This document shows positions 7,233 through 16,433 of a stretch of 64,000 nucleotides of DNA, in pieces. The translations under genes were made by a program, and so were the position numbers. Position 1 is the first letter of the stretch. Each line of letters opens with the position of its first letter. This DNA is from a virus. The notes beneath the pieces are model-generated. The model saw only the letters and a list, made by a program, of their open reading frames with translations, ran no database searches and was not told the origin of the DNA. Where the stretch lies: positions 46,889 to 110,888 of IMG/VR virus record IMGVR_UViG_3300046000_004279; one strand, written 5' to 3'.

Positions 7233-8412
7233 ATTCTGCCCGCTTCCTTGGTTTAACATTACTACAGATGTAAACGGATCTGTTAGACCATGTTGTAGAT
7301 ATGCTCAACCTAGTGAGCAAGTTGATCACAAAATGCCTTGGTTGCAAGATGGTAGCATAAAGTCACTATGGAATGGTCCTGAGATGAGAGGCTTGCGTAA
7401 AGCTTTTCTCAATGGCGAGCAACCAGCCGACTGTAGTTGGTGTTGGAAAGAAGAAGATAACAATATCAAAAGCTACAGACAATTACACATTGATGAGTAT
7501 AGTAGCGATTATGATAATGTTGATTTAACAACTGATTATTCACCAAATCCAATAGTGTTTGACCTAAAACTATCTAATGTGTGCAATTTAAAATGTAGGA
7601 TGTGTGGTCCAACAGCTTCTAGTTCTATCTTAAAAGAACAAAAGACTTACAAATATTTTACAGACCGCGATAAAAAAGAACACGAATACTGGCTAACTAA
7701 TAAAATTCTTGGAACACATAATGAAAAAGATTTCATGGAGTGGTTACCATCTATTGTTGAACTTCAATTTACTGGTGGTGAGCCATTAGTAAGCCCAGAA
7801 AATAAACAATTAATAAAATTAATCTCAGAAACTGAATATGCAAAAAACATTAGTATTCAATTAAACACCAATGCTACACATTTTAACACATCATTTGTTG
7901 AACAATTAAAGAAATTTAAAAAGATTCATATAGACGCTAGTATTGACGATATTGGACCCCGAATTGAATATGCTCGACATGGGTGCAATTGGGAAAACTT
8001 GAATAATAATTTAAAAAGATACAACAGCATAGAAGAAATCAAACTTAACATATGGGCTACGGTAAATAATTACAACATTTGGTATTTGGATGATTTGATT
8101 AATTATTGTGAAGAAAATAATATCGAACTGGCCTTGGGGGCTTTGCACACTCCTAGTGAATTGTCAATTCAATACTTACCAGAACATTTAAAAGATGCTA
8201 TTCGCGAAAAGTATATAAAACCAATTCACTTAGATCCTGTTGCAAATGAATTACGCGCTAAAAGATTAAAACCTATTATTAATTTCTTGGACGCTTCTAA
8301 TGAAAACCGTCTTAAAGAATTTTTAAAAACAACTTGGGTCTATGATCGAATTCGTAAAGAAAAATTTAAAGATGTATTTCCAGAGTGGAGAGATATGATT
8401 TACTATGGATGA
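7219..8412 (+). CDS. radical SAM protein with N-terminal SPASM/twitch domain
   Basis: CPLPW..G.VRPCC..CSWC; CNLKCRMC; GGEP. Confidence 0.9.
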   Translation: MAESKFCPLPWFNITTDVNGSVRPCCRYAQPSEQVDHKMPWLQDGSIKSLWNGPEMRGLRKAFLNGEQPADCSWCWKEEDNNIKSYRQLHIDEYSSDYDNVDLTTDYSPNPIVFDLKLSNVCNLKCRMCGPTASSSILKEQKTYKYFTDRDKKEHEYWLTNKILGTHNEKDFMEWLPSIVELQFTGGEPLVSPENKQLIKLISETEYAKNISIQLNTNATHFNTSFVEQLKKFKKIHIDASIDDIGPRIEYARHGCNWENLNNNLKRYNSIEEIKLNIWATVNNYNIWYLDDLINYCEENNIELALGALHTPSELSIQYLPEHLKDAIREKYIKPIHLDPVANELRAKRLKPIINFLDASNENRLKEFLKTTWVYDRIRKEKFKDVFPEWRDMIYYG

Positions 8413-9151
8413 TTATAAAAGTCTTCTTGATAAGCGACAGCTAACAATGTGGTTGGACATATCAACATATTGTAATGCTGGTTGTCCTCAATGTCACAGA
8501 ACAAACCCAAACGGGTTAGATAAGATCTATTGGTTGCCGCTTGTGCAGTGGTCAATCGATGACTTTAAAAGAGCATTCCCGATCTCATCCATGGCGAGAA
8601 TTGACAAGTTTGATATTTGTGGTACGTGGGGTGATCCTATGATGAACAAAGACATCTATGAGATTGTCGAATACATCATAGAGAATTCTGAATGTACAGT
8701 ACAACTTCACACAAACGGTAGCATGAGAGACAATGACTTTTGGTGGAACCTAGGCGTCCTTTGTGGAAAACGATTGAATGTTCAATTCACAGTTGATGGT
8801 GTTACTGAACAAGAACACGCGTTGTATAGACAAAAAACAAGCCTTGCAAAAACCCTATCTAACATGTTGACATTAACAAGTACGAATGCTACAGCGGGTG
8901 TGTACACTGTGATATTTGAACACAACGAAAGATCTATACAAGATATCGCAAAACTATCTCGTGATCATGGTGCACACTATATAACATTTGTGCCTTCAAA
9001 TAGATTCAAAGTTAATGATGAAGAATTCAATTTTTTTAAATTTACTGATGATAAGGGTGCGGAACAGATGTTTGTTAAGTCAAATTTAAAAAAATACTTA
9101 ACAGGTGCGCTTACTGATAAATTTATTGAAAGTCTTGCCCATGTCTTGTAA
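8405..9151 (+). CDS. radical SAM protein, paralogue of 6035-6847
   Basis: CNAGCPQC, CGTWGDPMMNKDIYEI. Confidence 0.88.
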   Translation: MDDYKSLLDKRQLTMWLDISTYCNAGCPQCHRTNPNGLDKIYWLPLVQWSIDDFKRAFPISSMARIDKFDICGTWGDPMMNKDIYEIVEYIIENSECTVQLHTNGSMRDNDFWWNLGVLCGKRLNVQFTVDGVTEQEHALYRQKTSLAKTLSNMLTLTSTNATAGVYTVIFEHNERSIQDIAKLSRDHGAHYITFVPSNRFKVNDEEFNFFKFTDDKGAEQMFVKSNLKKYLTGALTDKFIESLAHVL

Positions 9152-9521
9152 AATTGAATGTGAATGGATGCAGAGTAAAAGAATCCTTGTCAATCCTGAT
9201 GGTCAAGTGTGGCCTTGTTGTTATCTTGCTAACAGTACATACATGCGTGCTGCATTAGGTTATCCAGAATCTTATACATCAAAAGAGACGTATAGAATTG
9301 AAAATCAGATTATAAACCTTGAAGATGCTGCTGTACGTACTGGCCAACAGGTTCTGTTAAAAGAATATTTTGATGAGAAAGAACAGTATAATATATTCAA
9401 TCATACGATTGATGAGATTGTTGAATCAAAGTGGTTTGCTGAGACATTACCAAAATCATGGGACGAACCAGAAAGAGTGCTATATCAATGCAAGATCAAT
9501 TGTTCGAAATCGGAAACCTAA
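9141..9521 (+). CDS. stand-alone SPASM domain protein, paralogue of 6825-7232
   Basis: CEWMQ..RILVNPDGQVWPCCYLAN...CKINC; ATG at 9141 matches the paralogue's start. Confidence 0.8.
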   Translation: MSCKIECEWMQSKRILVNPDGQVWPCCYLANSTYMRAALGYPESYTSKETYRIENQIINLEDAAVRTGQQVLLKEYFDEKEQYNIFNHTIDEIVESKWFAETLPKSWDEPERVLYQCKINCSKSET

Positions 9522-10555
9522 AGACTAGGTGTAAAGCGCCGTTTAACAATCTGTACTTCTCTACATTCGGCAAAGCGGGCCCGTGCTGGCTGCAAGTTAA
9601 TGTCACATCAGATTGGAGTCACACAACATCAATCAAAGACATATGGAACGGACCTGAGTTTAACAAGATCCGCGAAGATCTACTCAACGACAAGTTTTGC
9701 GGTAAATGTGAGATCTGCAAGACAAACTGGGATGACAACGTTTGGCCCCTCGCGCAGGCGTATGACAAGTTTGGTGTACAAGGATATCCCGAATGGCCAT
9801 CTTTGTTTGAGTTAGAGTTAAGCAACCAATGTAATCTTGAGTGCACGATGTGCAGTGGATATCTAAGCAGTGGTATTCGTAAGAATAGAGAAAAACTGCC
9901 ACCACTACCAATGATGTATGATCAGACATTCGTTGATCAGTTGACCGAGTTTGTTCCACATCTGGAAGAAGTACGATTCAATGGTGGTGAGCCATTTGCT
10001 CAGAAGATTGTGCTTGACATTTGTGACATGGTTGCGGGAATCAATCCAGGATTGAAGATCAACATTGCGACCAACGGAACAGTATACAACAAACGCGTTG
10101 AGAAGATCCTACGCCAGAACAATGTACACATGAATGTCAGTATTGACAGCTTGATAAAGGAAAGATATGAAGCAATTCGTATCAATGCAAACTTTGATCA
10201 GCTAATGGCTAACTTTGAGATCTTCCACAAGTATAGTATGGAAGGAAATAAAGAGATGGCTGTAATGGTAAATCCAATGCGCAACAATTGGGATGAGATG
10301 GTTGACTTTTTGCAGTTTGCAAATGATCGTAACATAAATCTTTGGTACAACACAATCAAGTATCCTGAGCATCTTGCAATATGGAATCTTGATTGTGATA
10401 AGTTGGTGGAAATATGTGATACTCTATCTGTAAAGTTAGATCAATACACGCGAAGTGTTAAACATCGTAAGTTCGACAAAGATAACACCTCTACGACTAA
10501 GCATTTGATTGAGAAACAAATAAAGACATGGTTGTTGGATAGCTACACAAGATGA
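9458..10555 (+). CDS. radical SAM protein with N-terminal SPASM domain (start may be 9488)
   Basis: CKAPF..GPC..CEIC; CNLECTMC; GGEP. Confidence 0.88.
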   Translation: MGRTRKSAISMQDQLFEIGNLKTRCKAPFNNLYFSTFGKAGPCWLQVNVTSDWSHTTSIKDIWNGPEFNKIREDLLNDKFCGKCEICKTNWDDNVWPLAQAYDKFGVQGYPEWPSLFELELSNQCNLECTMCSGYLSSGIRKNREKLPPLPMMYDQTFVDQLTEFVPHLEEVRFNGGEPFAQKIVLDICDMVAGINPGLKINIATNGTVYNKRVEKILRQNNVHMNVSIDSLIKERYEAIRINANFDQLMANFEIFHKYSMEGNKEMAVMVNPMRNNWDEMVDFLQFANDRNINLWYNTIKYPEHLAIWNLDCDKLVEICDTLSVKLDQYTRSVKHRKFDKDNTSTTKHLIEKQIKTWLLDSYTR

Positions 10556-11784
10556 GTCAAAAAGAATTTGAAAAGCGTAAAAAATATCTTTGCAAGGCCC
10601 CGTTTTCAGGTCTCACTGTTAACCCAACGGGATCTATAACTCTATGTTGTAGTGGTGGACCAGTAACAACTCCTCTTGGTCATATTAGTAAAGTTGACAG
10701 TCTTCAACAGTTTTACAACAGTGAGATAATGGAAAATGTTCGCATTCTTCACGAAAACAAAGCTATAGAACAATCTGTCTGTGCGGGTTGTTATAGACAA
10801 TATGCTGCTGGAAAACACAATATGATGGCCATTTTTAACAACTATTGGCATTGGTCTCGAAACAATTTTGATAATGATTGGTATGCTAGAAAAGACGGTA
10901 TAGATCGGCCATTGAGATTTCTTGAATATACGTGTAGCAACATTTGTAATCAAACGTGCGCGTCCTGTAGCAGTTGGTTTAGCTCTAAGTGGCGCGACTA
11001 TGAGTTAGCATTTACTCTCGACCAACAACATAAATTCGACAAAACCCCTAAACCCATTTTGAGGTTGGGGGAAACGGATATTGATAAGATCATTGATGTT
11101 CTTCCCCACTTAGATTTTCTATCAATGAAGGGGGGCGAACCTTGGGCGGATAAGAACAACGTTAAAATTCTTCAAAAATTGCTAGAAGTTAATCCATCAT
11201 GCACTGTCGATATTGTTTCTAATATGCAATCAATTCCAGAAAGCACTTGGAAAATGCTTGGTGATGTGGACCATAGTTTAACAAAGCTTTGGTTATCCGC
11301 TAGTATAGATGGTGTAGGTGAAGAGTATAATTGGATTCGCGGCGGAAATTTCAACAAAACGGTTGAAAATCTTGAAAGATGGCATGAAGTTACAAAAAAG
11401 AAAATTCGCATTAATCCTTTTGTGTCGATCTTTAACTTTTTTTCTCTAGACAAGATTGTAGATTATTTCGTATCAAAACCTTATGTTGTAGGTGTTAATA
11501 TTTCTAATATAGGCACTTACCCCACATATATTAAATCTCAAAATCTACCAAAATATATAATATTTGAAAAACAAGAATATTATAGAACTAAGTTTAAATC
11601 TTACGACCAAAGCAAATTATTTTGCACCCCTTTATTAGACGATATGAACGAAAGGGAAACTAATTTTATAGAATTAAAAAAATCATTTGAGTGGATTGAA
11701 GTTGTTAACAAGATGAGAGGTTTTGATTTGTTGGATCATGTTCCTGAATTAAAACGTATCAAAGAAGTTATTTGCGATGGGTGA
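10552..11784 (+). CDS. radical SAM protein with N-terminal SPASM domain
   Basis: CKAPF..LCC..CAGC; CNQTCASC; GGEP. Confidence 0.88.
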   Translation: MSQKEFEKRKKYLCKAPFSGLTVNPTGSITLCCSGGPVTTPLGHISKVDSLQQFYNSEIMENVRILHENKAIEQSVCAGCYRQYAAGKHNMMAIFNNYWHWSRNNFDNDWYARKDGIDRPLRFLEYTCSNICNQTCASCSSWFSSKWRDYELAFTLDQQHKFDKTPKPILRLGETDIDKIIDVLPHLDFLSMKGGEPWADKNNVKILQKLLEVNPSCTVDIVSNMQSIPESTWKMLGDVDHSLTKLWLSASIDGVGEEYNWIRGGNFNKTVENLERWHEVTKKKIRINPFVSIFNFFSLDKIVDYFVSKPYVVGVNISNIGTYPTYIKSQNLPKYIIFEKQEYYRTKFKSYDQSKLFCTPLLDDMNERETNFIELKKSFEWIEVVNKMRGFDLLDHVPELKRIKEVICDG

Positions 11785-13123
11785 TCAGACATTAACAGGT
11801 CTATCATATGGATTCCATGATGCAGCCATCACTGTTATTGATGGCGATAAAATTATAGAATGTCATCACGCAGAACGATTCTCTAAGATCAAAAACGATC
11901 ACAATCTTTGGCCCGAGTTCAAAACCTATGGTAAGACTGCCTACTATGAACGACCGTTTCTAAAGAACACTCGTAGATTGTTTGCAGGTCAGTCTTGGGT
12001 TAAGAAACCAAAACACGACTATTACGTTCCACATCATTGGTCACACGTTGCTGCTGGATACTACACGAGACCGTTCGTTGAAGAACCTGTATGTGTTGTG
12101 ATTGACGCCGTTGGCGAATGGGACACCGCATCTATTTGGTGGAAAAAGCAGAAGGTGTGGTCAACAAAATACCCTAGATCTCTTGGTCTGTTGTATAGTG
12201 CCATTACCGACTACGTTGGTTTGAAACCAATGGAAGATGAATACATTCTTATGGGGATGGCTGCATATGGCAACTACAGCATTAGGTTAGAAGATGCTAT
12301 ACAGAATCTTATGAAGACCAACCTACACAAAGGATGTCGTTGGGATTATCGACATCTTGGTCAAAACTATAATGACCTTGCTGCAACTGTTCAAAGTGTG
12401 CTAGAAGATAAGATTGTAGAGATTATGGCAATCGCTCGTCAATACTCAAACTATTTGTGTTACGGTGGTGGAGTGGCTCTCAATTGTGTAGCAAACTCAA
12501 AGATCCGACCAATGTTCACAGATGTGTGGATCTTTCCTAGCCCTAGTGATAGTGGCAGTGCATTAGGAGCTGCTGCTGCAATCAACGACAGGATCTTAGA
12601 TTGGCAAGGACCTTATCTTGGTTACGACATTAATAGGGAAATCAATCCAAAAGAAGTAGCACAATATCTCGTTGAAAATAGTGTCTGTGGTGTTGCAAAT
12701 GGTCGTGCAGAGTTTGGACCTCGTGCGTTAGGCAACCGTAGTCTTTTGGCTGATTGTAGACTGCCAATCAACGATACGGTTAACACAATCAAAAAGCGGC
12801 AGAAGTTTAGACCATTCGCCCCCGCAATACTAGCAGAGTTTGCTGATCAGTACTTTGATGGTCCAATGAATGAATATATGCAGTTTGTTGCGAAAGCAAA
12901 GCACGACTACAGATCTGTTACTCACGTTGACGGAACATCGCGAGTTCAGTTGGTAAAGGCTAACTGCAAGTCGGTGTTGAGACCAATACTTGAAGAGTGG
13001 TACGAGTTAACGGGTTGCCCTATGTTGCTAAACACCAGCCTAAATATAAAAGGTCAGCCTTTGGTAAACGATTGGAATGATGCAGAGGCTTTTGCAACTA
13101 CAAATAAAGTAAAGGTTTTTTAA
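11777..13123 (+). CDS. NodU/CmcH-family carbamoyltransferase
   Basis: HDAA, HHWSH, MGMAAYG, GGVALNC, EFGPRALGNRS, FRPFAP, THVDGTSRVQ, LNTSLN. Confidence 0.95.
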   Translation: MGDQTLTGLSYGFHDAAITVIDGDKIIECHHAERFSKIKNDHNLWPEFKTYGKTAYYERPFLKNTRRLFAGQSWVKKPKHDYYVPHHWSHVAAGYYTRPFVEEPVCVVIDAVGEWDTASIWWKKQKVWSTKYPRSLGLLYSAITDYVGLKPMEDEYILMGMAAYGNYSIRLEDAIQNLMKTNLHKGCRWDYRHLGQNYNDLAATVQSVLEDKIVEIMAIARQYSNYLCYGGGVALNCVANSKIRPMFTDVWIFPSPSDSGSALGAAAAINDRILDWQGPYLGYDINREINPKEVAQYLVENSVCGVANGRAEFGPRALGNRSLLADCRLPINDTVNTIKKRQKFRPFAPAILAEFADQYFDGPMNEYMQFVAKAKHDYRSVTHVDGTSRVQLVKANCKSVLRPILEEWYELTGCPMLLNTSLNIKGQPLVNDWNDAEAFATTNKVKVF

Positions 13124-13951
13124 ATGAGTTATTTGCTAGCATCGGGATGTAGTTGGACTGACGCCAATTTTAAATCTCCTATTATACCAACCTATGATGT
13201 TTCATTTCCAAAGTGGCCAGCGGTGCTAGGTGAAAAAATGGGAATACAAAAAGTTGTAAATGTTGGCGTTAACGGCGCATCTAACGATTCTATTTTTAAA
13301 AAATGTTACGATGAGATTTCTAAACAAAAACCAAAGTTGGTGTGTATATTAATTACCGATTGGTCAAGACATTCTGTTTTTGATAGTTACGCTTTAAACA
13401 TTATTCATCTTTTAGCAACAGACCGTTCTGTAGCGAACGATGATTTATCCGAAGAGTTGTATTTGCTGCGCGAATGGGTAGGACATGAACATGATGCTGT
13501 GCAGTTTGCTAAACATTTATGGTCATCCACTTTATGTGTAGAAGATATTGTAAGAAATACGTTGCGAGAAATTTGGTTGTTCCAGAATTTTTGTCAACAC
13601 AACAATATTGATTATATTATAATGTCAGGATTGAATCCTATTTATGATTACGGTTTAACTCTTTTAAATAGATTTGAATCCGCCGATTCGACAATTACAA
13701 ATTTTAGTAGTTATATAAAACAGACTCTAACTTCCCCCTATGCAGATAAACTCAATGATAAGAATTTGCTTGGATGGCCATTCTTTGCAGAAATTGGTGG
13801 ATATAGCGTTTGGTCAGATTGGGCAGACAAGGGATACGACGATGTTTTTGTCCATAAAGATTTTGATAGTCACCCCAATGGTTTAGGTCATCAACTAATA
13901 GCAGAAATGTTTTATAAAGGATATCAAGACATATATGGTAAAATATCTTAA
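13124..13951 (+). CDS. SGNH/GDSL-like hydrolase or acyltransferase
   Basis: GCSWT (block I), N.G..GASN (block II), DSHPNGLGH (block V). Confidence 0.75.
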   Translation: MSYLLASGCSWTDANFKSPIIPTYDVSFPKWPAVLGEKMGIQKVVNVGVNGASNDSIFKKCYDEISKQKPKLVCILITDWSRHSVFDSYALNIIHLLATDRSVANDDLSEELYLLREWVGHEHDAVQFAKHLWSSTLCVEDIVRNTLREIWLFQNFCQHNNIDYIIMSGLNPIYDYGLTLLNRFESADSTITNFSSYIKQTLTSPYADKLNDKNLLGWPFFAEIGGYSVWSDWADKGYDDVFVHKDFDSHPNGLGHQLIAEMFYKGYQDIYGKIS

Positions 13952-14054
13952 ATATCATTTGACAATTATAAGAATGTACTATAATATATGGTTTAAACGT
14001 AAAAAACGCAAACCAAATCAACTTTACATTTATGAACAACGCAAGGATAAGTGA
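13935..14054 (+). CDS. small basic protein (39 aa, not in ORF track)
   Basis: MVKYLKYHLTIIRMYYNIWFKRKKRKPNQLYIYEQRKDK; overlaps the upstream stop and is TGATG-coupled to the next gene. Confidence 0.55.
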   Translation: MVKYLKYHLTIIRMYYNIWFKRKKRKPNQLYIYEQRKDK

Positions 14055-14275
14055 TGTTTACAGCGATAGTTTTAATGTGCACAACAGAGATGTGGTGCTA
14101 CACAATTGTTCAAGAACAAGGGTTCTACGAATCTGAGAAGCAGTGTGTTGCAGCGATTGAAGAGTTGCTAACCAATGAAGAGTTTGATCCTGTGTATCGT
14201 TTTTACGAAGAAGGTCAAACGTTCGATGTGTACAGTTCAGAATGCGTTGAGTGGAAATTCTCGCGACCAACATAA
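14054..14275 (+). CDS. small protein with signal-like N-terminus
   Basis: MFTAIVLMC....C...C...C pattern. Confidence 0.65.
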   Translation: MFTAIVLMCTTEMWCYTIVQEQGFYESEKQCVAAIEELLTNEEFDPVYRFYEEGQTFDVYSSECVEWKFSRPT

Positions 14276-14281
14276 AACCTC

Positions 14282-14310
14282 TTGCCTTTCTGATCTAGAT
14301 ACTCTATAAT
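14282..14310 (+). promoter_or_regulatory. sigma70-type promoter
   Basis: TTGCCT-17-TATAAT. Confidence 0.65.
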
Positions 14311-14341
14311 ATTAGTATAGAAAGGAATCATTGGTGTAATT

Positions 14342-14827
14342 ATGTTCACTGATCGTCAAGTTGAAGAAATCGTAGATCTACTCGCTGGCTTGGAAAAGAC
14401 TTCGCGTGTATATCTTGGTTGCGATTCGGTTCGTTACCGTAGAGATAATGCGAATTGGGCTCGCTACGCTACCGTTGCAATCGTTCACATGAACGGTAAG
14501 AACGGCTGCCGTGTGTTCCACACTATCTCACACGAACCAGATTACGATGCAAAGAAGAACCGTCCAAAGGTTCGTATGATGAACGAAGTTGCAAAAGTTT
14601 GTAACTTGTACAACCAACTAATCCCTTTTATTGATGAGTACAATGTTGAGATTCATCTTGACATTAATACAGACCCCAAGCACGGCTCGAACTGTGCTGC
14701 TACCGAAGCTGCTGGTTACGTTCTTGGTATGACTGGTGTTGAACCTAAGCTCAAGCCAGAAAGCTGGGCTGCTAGCTTTGGTGCAGACGGTATCGTACAT
14801 GGTCGTGGTATTAGAGAGGAAGCATAA
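14342..14827 (+). CDS. RNase H-like YkuK-family protein
   Basis: VYLGCDS, RMMNEV, EIHLDIN, ASFGAD. Confidence 0.8.
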   Translation: MFTDRQVEEIVDLLAGLEKTSRVYLGCDSVRYRRDNANWARYATVAIVHMNGKNGCRVFHTISHEPDYDAKKNRPKVRMMNEVAKVCNLYNQLIPFIDEYNVEIHLDINTDPKHGSNCAATEAAGYVLGMTGVEPKLKPESWAASFGADGIVHGRGIREEA

Positions 14828-15585
14828 TGAAGGTTGTACTGGTCACTGGTGGATTTGATCCTATTCATAGTGGACATATCGAGTACTTTAAGGAAGCTGC
14901 TCAACACGGTGACTTGGTAGTTGTTGGGTTAAACTCAGATGAATGGCTGACTCGTAAGAAAGGTCAGCCATTTATGTCTTTTGCTGAACGCAAAGCTGTT
15001 ATTGAAACTTTGTGGATGGTTGATGAAGTAATTGCATTTGATGATACAGATAACACCGCTTGTAAAGCTATTGAGTATCTTCTTGAAGATCCTAACATTT
15101 CAATTATATTTGCCAATGGTGGAGATCGTACAAACACATCAACGCCTGAGTACGAACGATTCAAAGATAACCCTCGTGTCGAGTTTGCGTGGGGTGTTGG
15201 TGGTCGAGATAAGAAGAACAGCTCAAGTTGGGTTCTAGATAACTGGAAGAACGCTAAAACAATCCGACCGTGGGGTTGGTATCGTGTTCTTGATGATAAA
15301 GATGGATACAAAGTCAAAGAGCTTGTAATCCAGCCTAGCCAAAGTCTATCTGACCAGCGACATATGCTACGTAATGAGTACTGGTATGTCCTAAGTGGCT
15401 GTTGTAAAATTGATATAGAGTCGCTACACTTTAGAAAGACGTTCGAGCTCTATCAGCTTAGTGAGGGGTTGGATATTCCTGTGAACACGTGGCATAGAGC
15501 ATATAACGATACAGACAAACCTTGCCATATTCTTGAGGTGCAGTTTGGATCAAAATGTGTTGAAGATGATATTGAAAGGAGATAA
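14827..15585 (+). CDS. cytidylyl/adenylyltransferase fused to a mannose-6-phosphate isomerase type II cupin
   Basis: TGGFDPIHSGH (HxGH), ANGGDR, RPWGWY..SLSDQRH..E.W..EVQFG..EDDIER. Confidence 0.88.
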   Translation: MKVVLVTGGFDPIHSGHIEYFKEAAQHGDLVVVGLNSDEWLTRKKGQPFMSFAERKAVIETLWMVDEVIAFDDTDNTACKAIEYLLEDPNISIIFANGGDRTNTSTPEYERFKDNPRVEFAWGVGGRDKKNSSSWVLDNWKNAKTIRPWGWYRVLDDKDGYKVKELVIQPSQSLSDQRHMLRNEYWYVLSGCCKIDIESLHFRKTFELYQLSEGLDIPVNTWHRAYNDTDKPCHILEVQFGSKCVEDDIERR

Positions 15586-15587
15586 CA

Positions 15588-15827
15588 ATGGCTAATATAG
15601 ATGTAACCGTTGACATTGACATTGAAGACTATCTTGATGAGGTTGATGATCAGGATCTTGCTGATGAACTATCAAGTCGTGGATGGTTTGTTGGCGAGAC
15701 TAAAGATTGGTCACCGCCAAACGAAGAGTTGACTTATGAAGAGATAAATGTTATACTTGAACTGTTCCAAATGGCTTTGCCTGGAACGATTCGTTATGAA
15801 ATCTATGAGAAGTTGAGAAAGCGATGA
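15588..15827 (+). CDS. hypothetical acidic protein
   Basis: RBS AGGAG, coupled ORF. Confidence 0.7.
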   Translation: MANIDVTVDIDIEDYLDEVDDQDLADELSSRGWFVGETKDWSPPNEELTYEEINVILELFQMALPGTIRYEIYEKLRKR

Positions 15828-16258
15828 ACATTGCCCACCACCCCTTGTTTAACACTACCACCATTGCCGAATATTATTCAGAAATTGATGGTGTTCCTGT
15901 AAAATATGTCTGCACCTCTGCATTAACCAGTGATGCTAACTGGGCCGTAGACATCTTCTATCGTGAAACGCCACATCCCAAACATGGTAACCGATACTTT
16001 GGTATCTACAAGGATTCATACAATCTTGTTATGATTTGTAATGCTGATAAGATTGAGGATCTTAGGTTTAGTATGATTGAAGGGCCCAGTGGTTGGGAAT
16101 ACTCTCAACACCGTCATGATTATCGGCAAGTTGGTCAGGCTGCTATTGATGGTGGTCGTTCATATGTTAGATTGGTTGGCTATGGCAATGCTCAGATAAA
16201 AGTCGAAGTTATGAAGGTCAAAGATGGACAATTTGTGAAAGTTGCACATGAGGCATGA
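15824..16258 (+). CDS. hypothetical protein
   Basis: SQHRHDY...AIDGGRSY motif; ATGA overlap. Confidence 0.7.
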   Translation: MNIAHHPLFNTTTIAEYYSEIDGVPVKYVCTSALTSDANWAVDIFYRETPHPKHGNRYFGIYKDSYNLVMICNADKIEDLRFSMIEGPSGWEYSQHRHDYRQVGQAAIDGGRSYVRLVGYGNAQIKVEVMKVKDGQFVKVAHEA

Positions 16259-16433
16259 AGTGCTCATTCCACAACCACTCTCAGACTGGGTCTGTTACCT
16301 CAGTGGTGATCCATCTAAACCTATGGGTTCGGTGACGTACAGACCGCCTAAAGACAGAGAACCAAAATGGTTCAATAGAAAAATGCAGGAATTCTTTTTT
16401 GGAATTAAATGGTATAAACATGAAAAAAGATAA
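16248..16433 (+). CDS. hypothetical protein
   Basis: Short ORF overlapping both neighbours. Confidence 0.55.
   Translation: MRHEVLIPQPLSDWVCYLSGDPSKPMGSVTYRPPKDREPKWFNRKMQEFFFGIKWYKHEKR

Noticed and set aside
6825-9151. Frameshift fusion of the rSAM and free SPASM genes
   Set aside because: Both SPASM ORFs have their own ATG at equivalent positions and I saw no shared slippery site.
13959-13987. TTGACA..TATAAT promoter
   Set aside because: Spacing to TATAAT is 15 nt and it lies inside a plausible small ORF.
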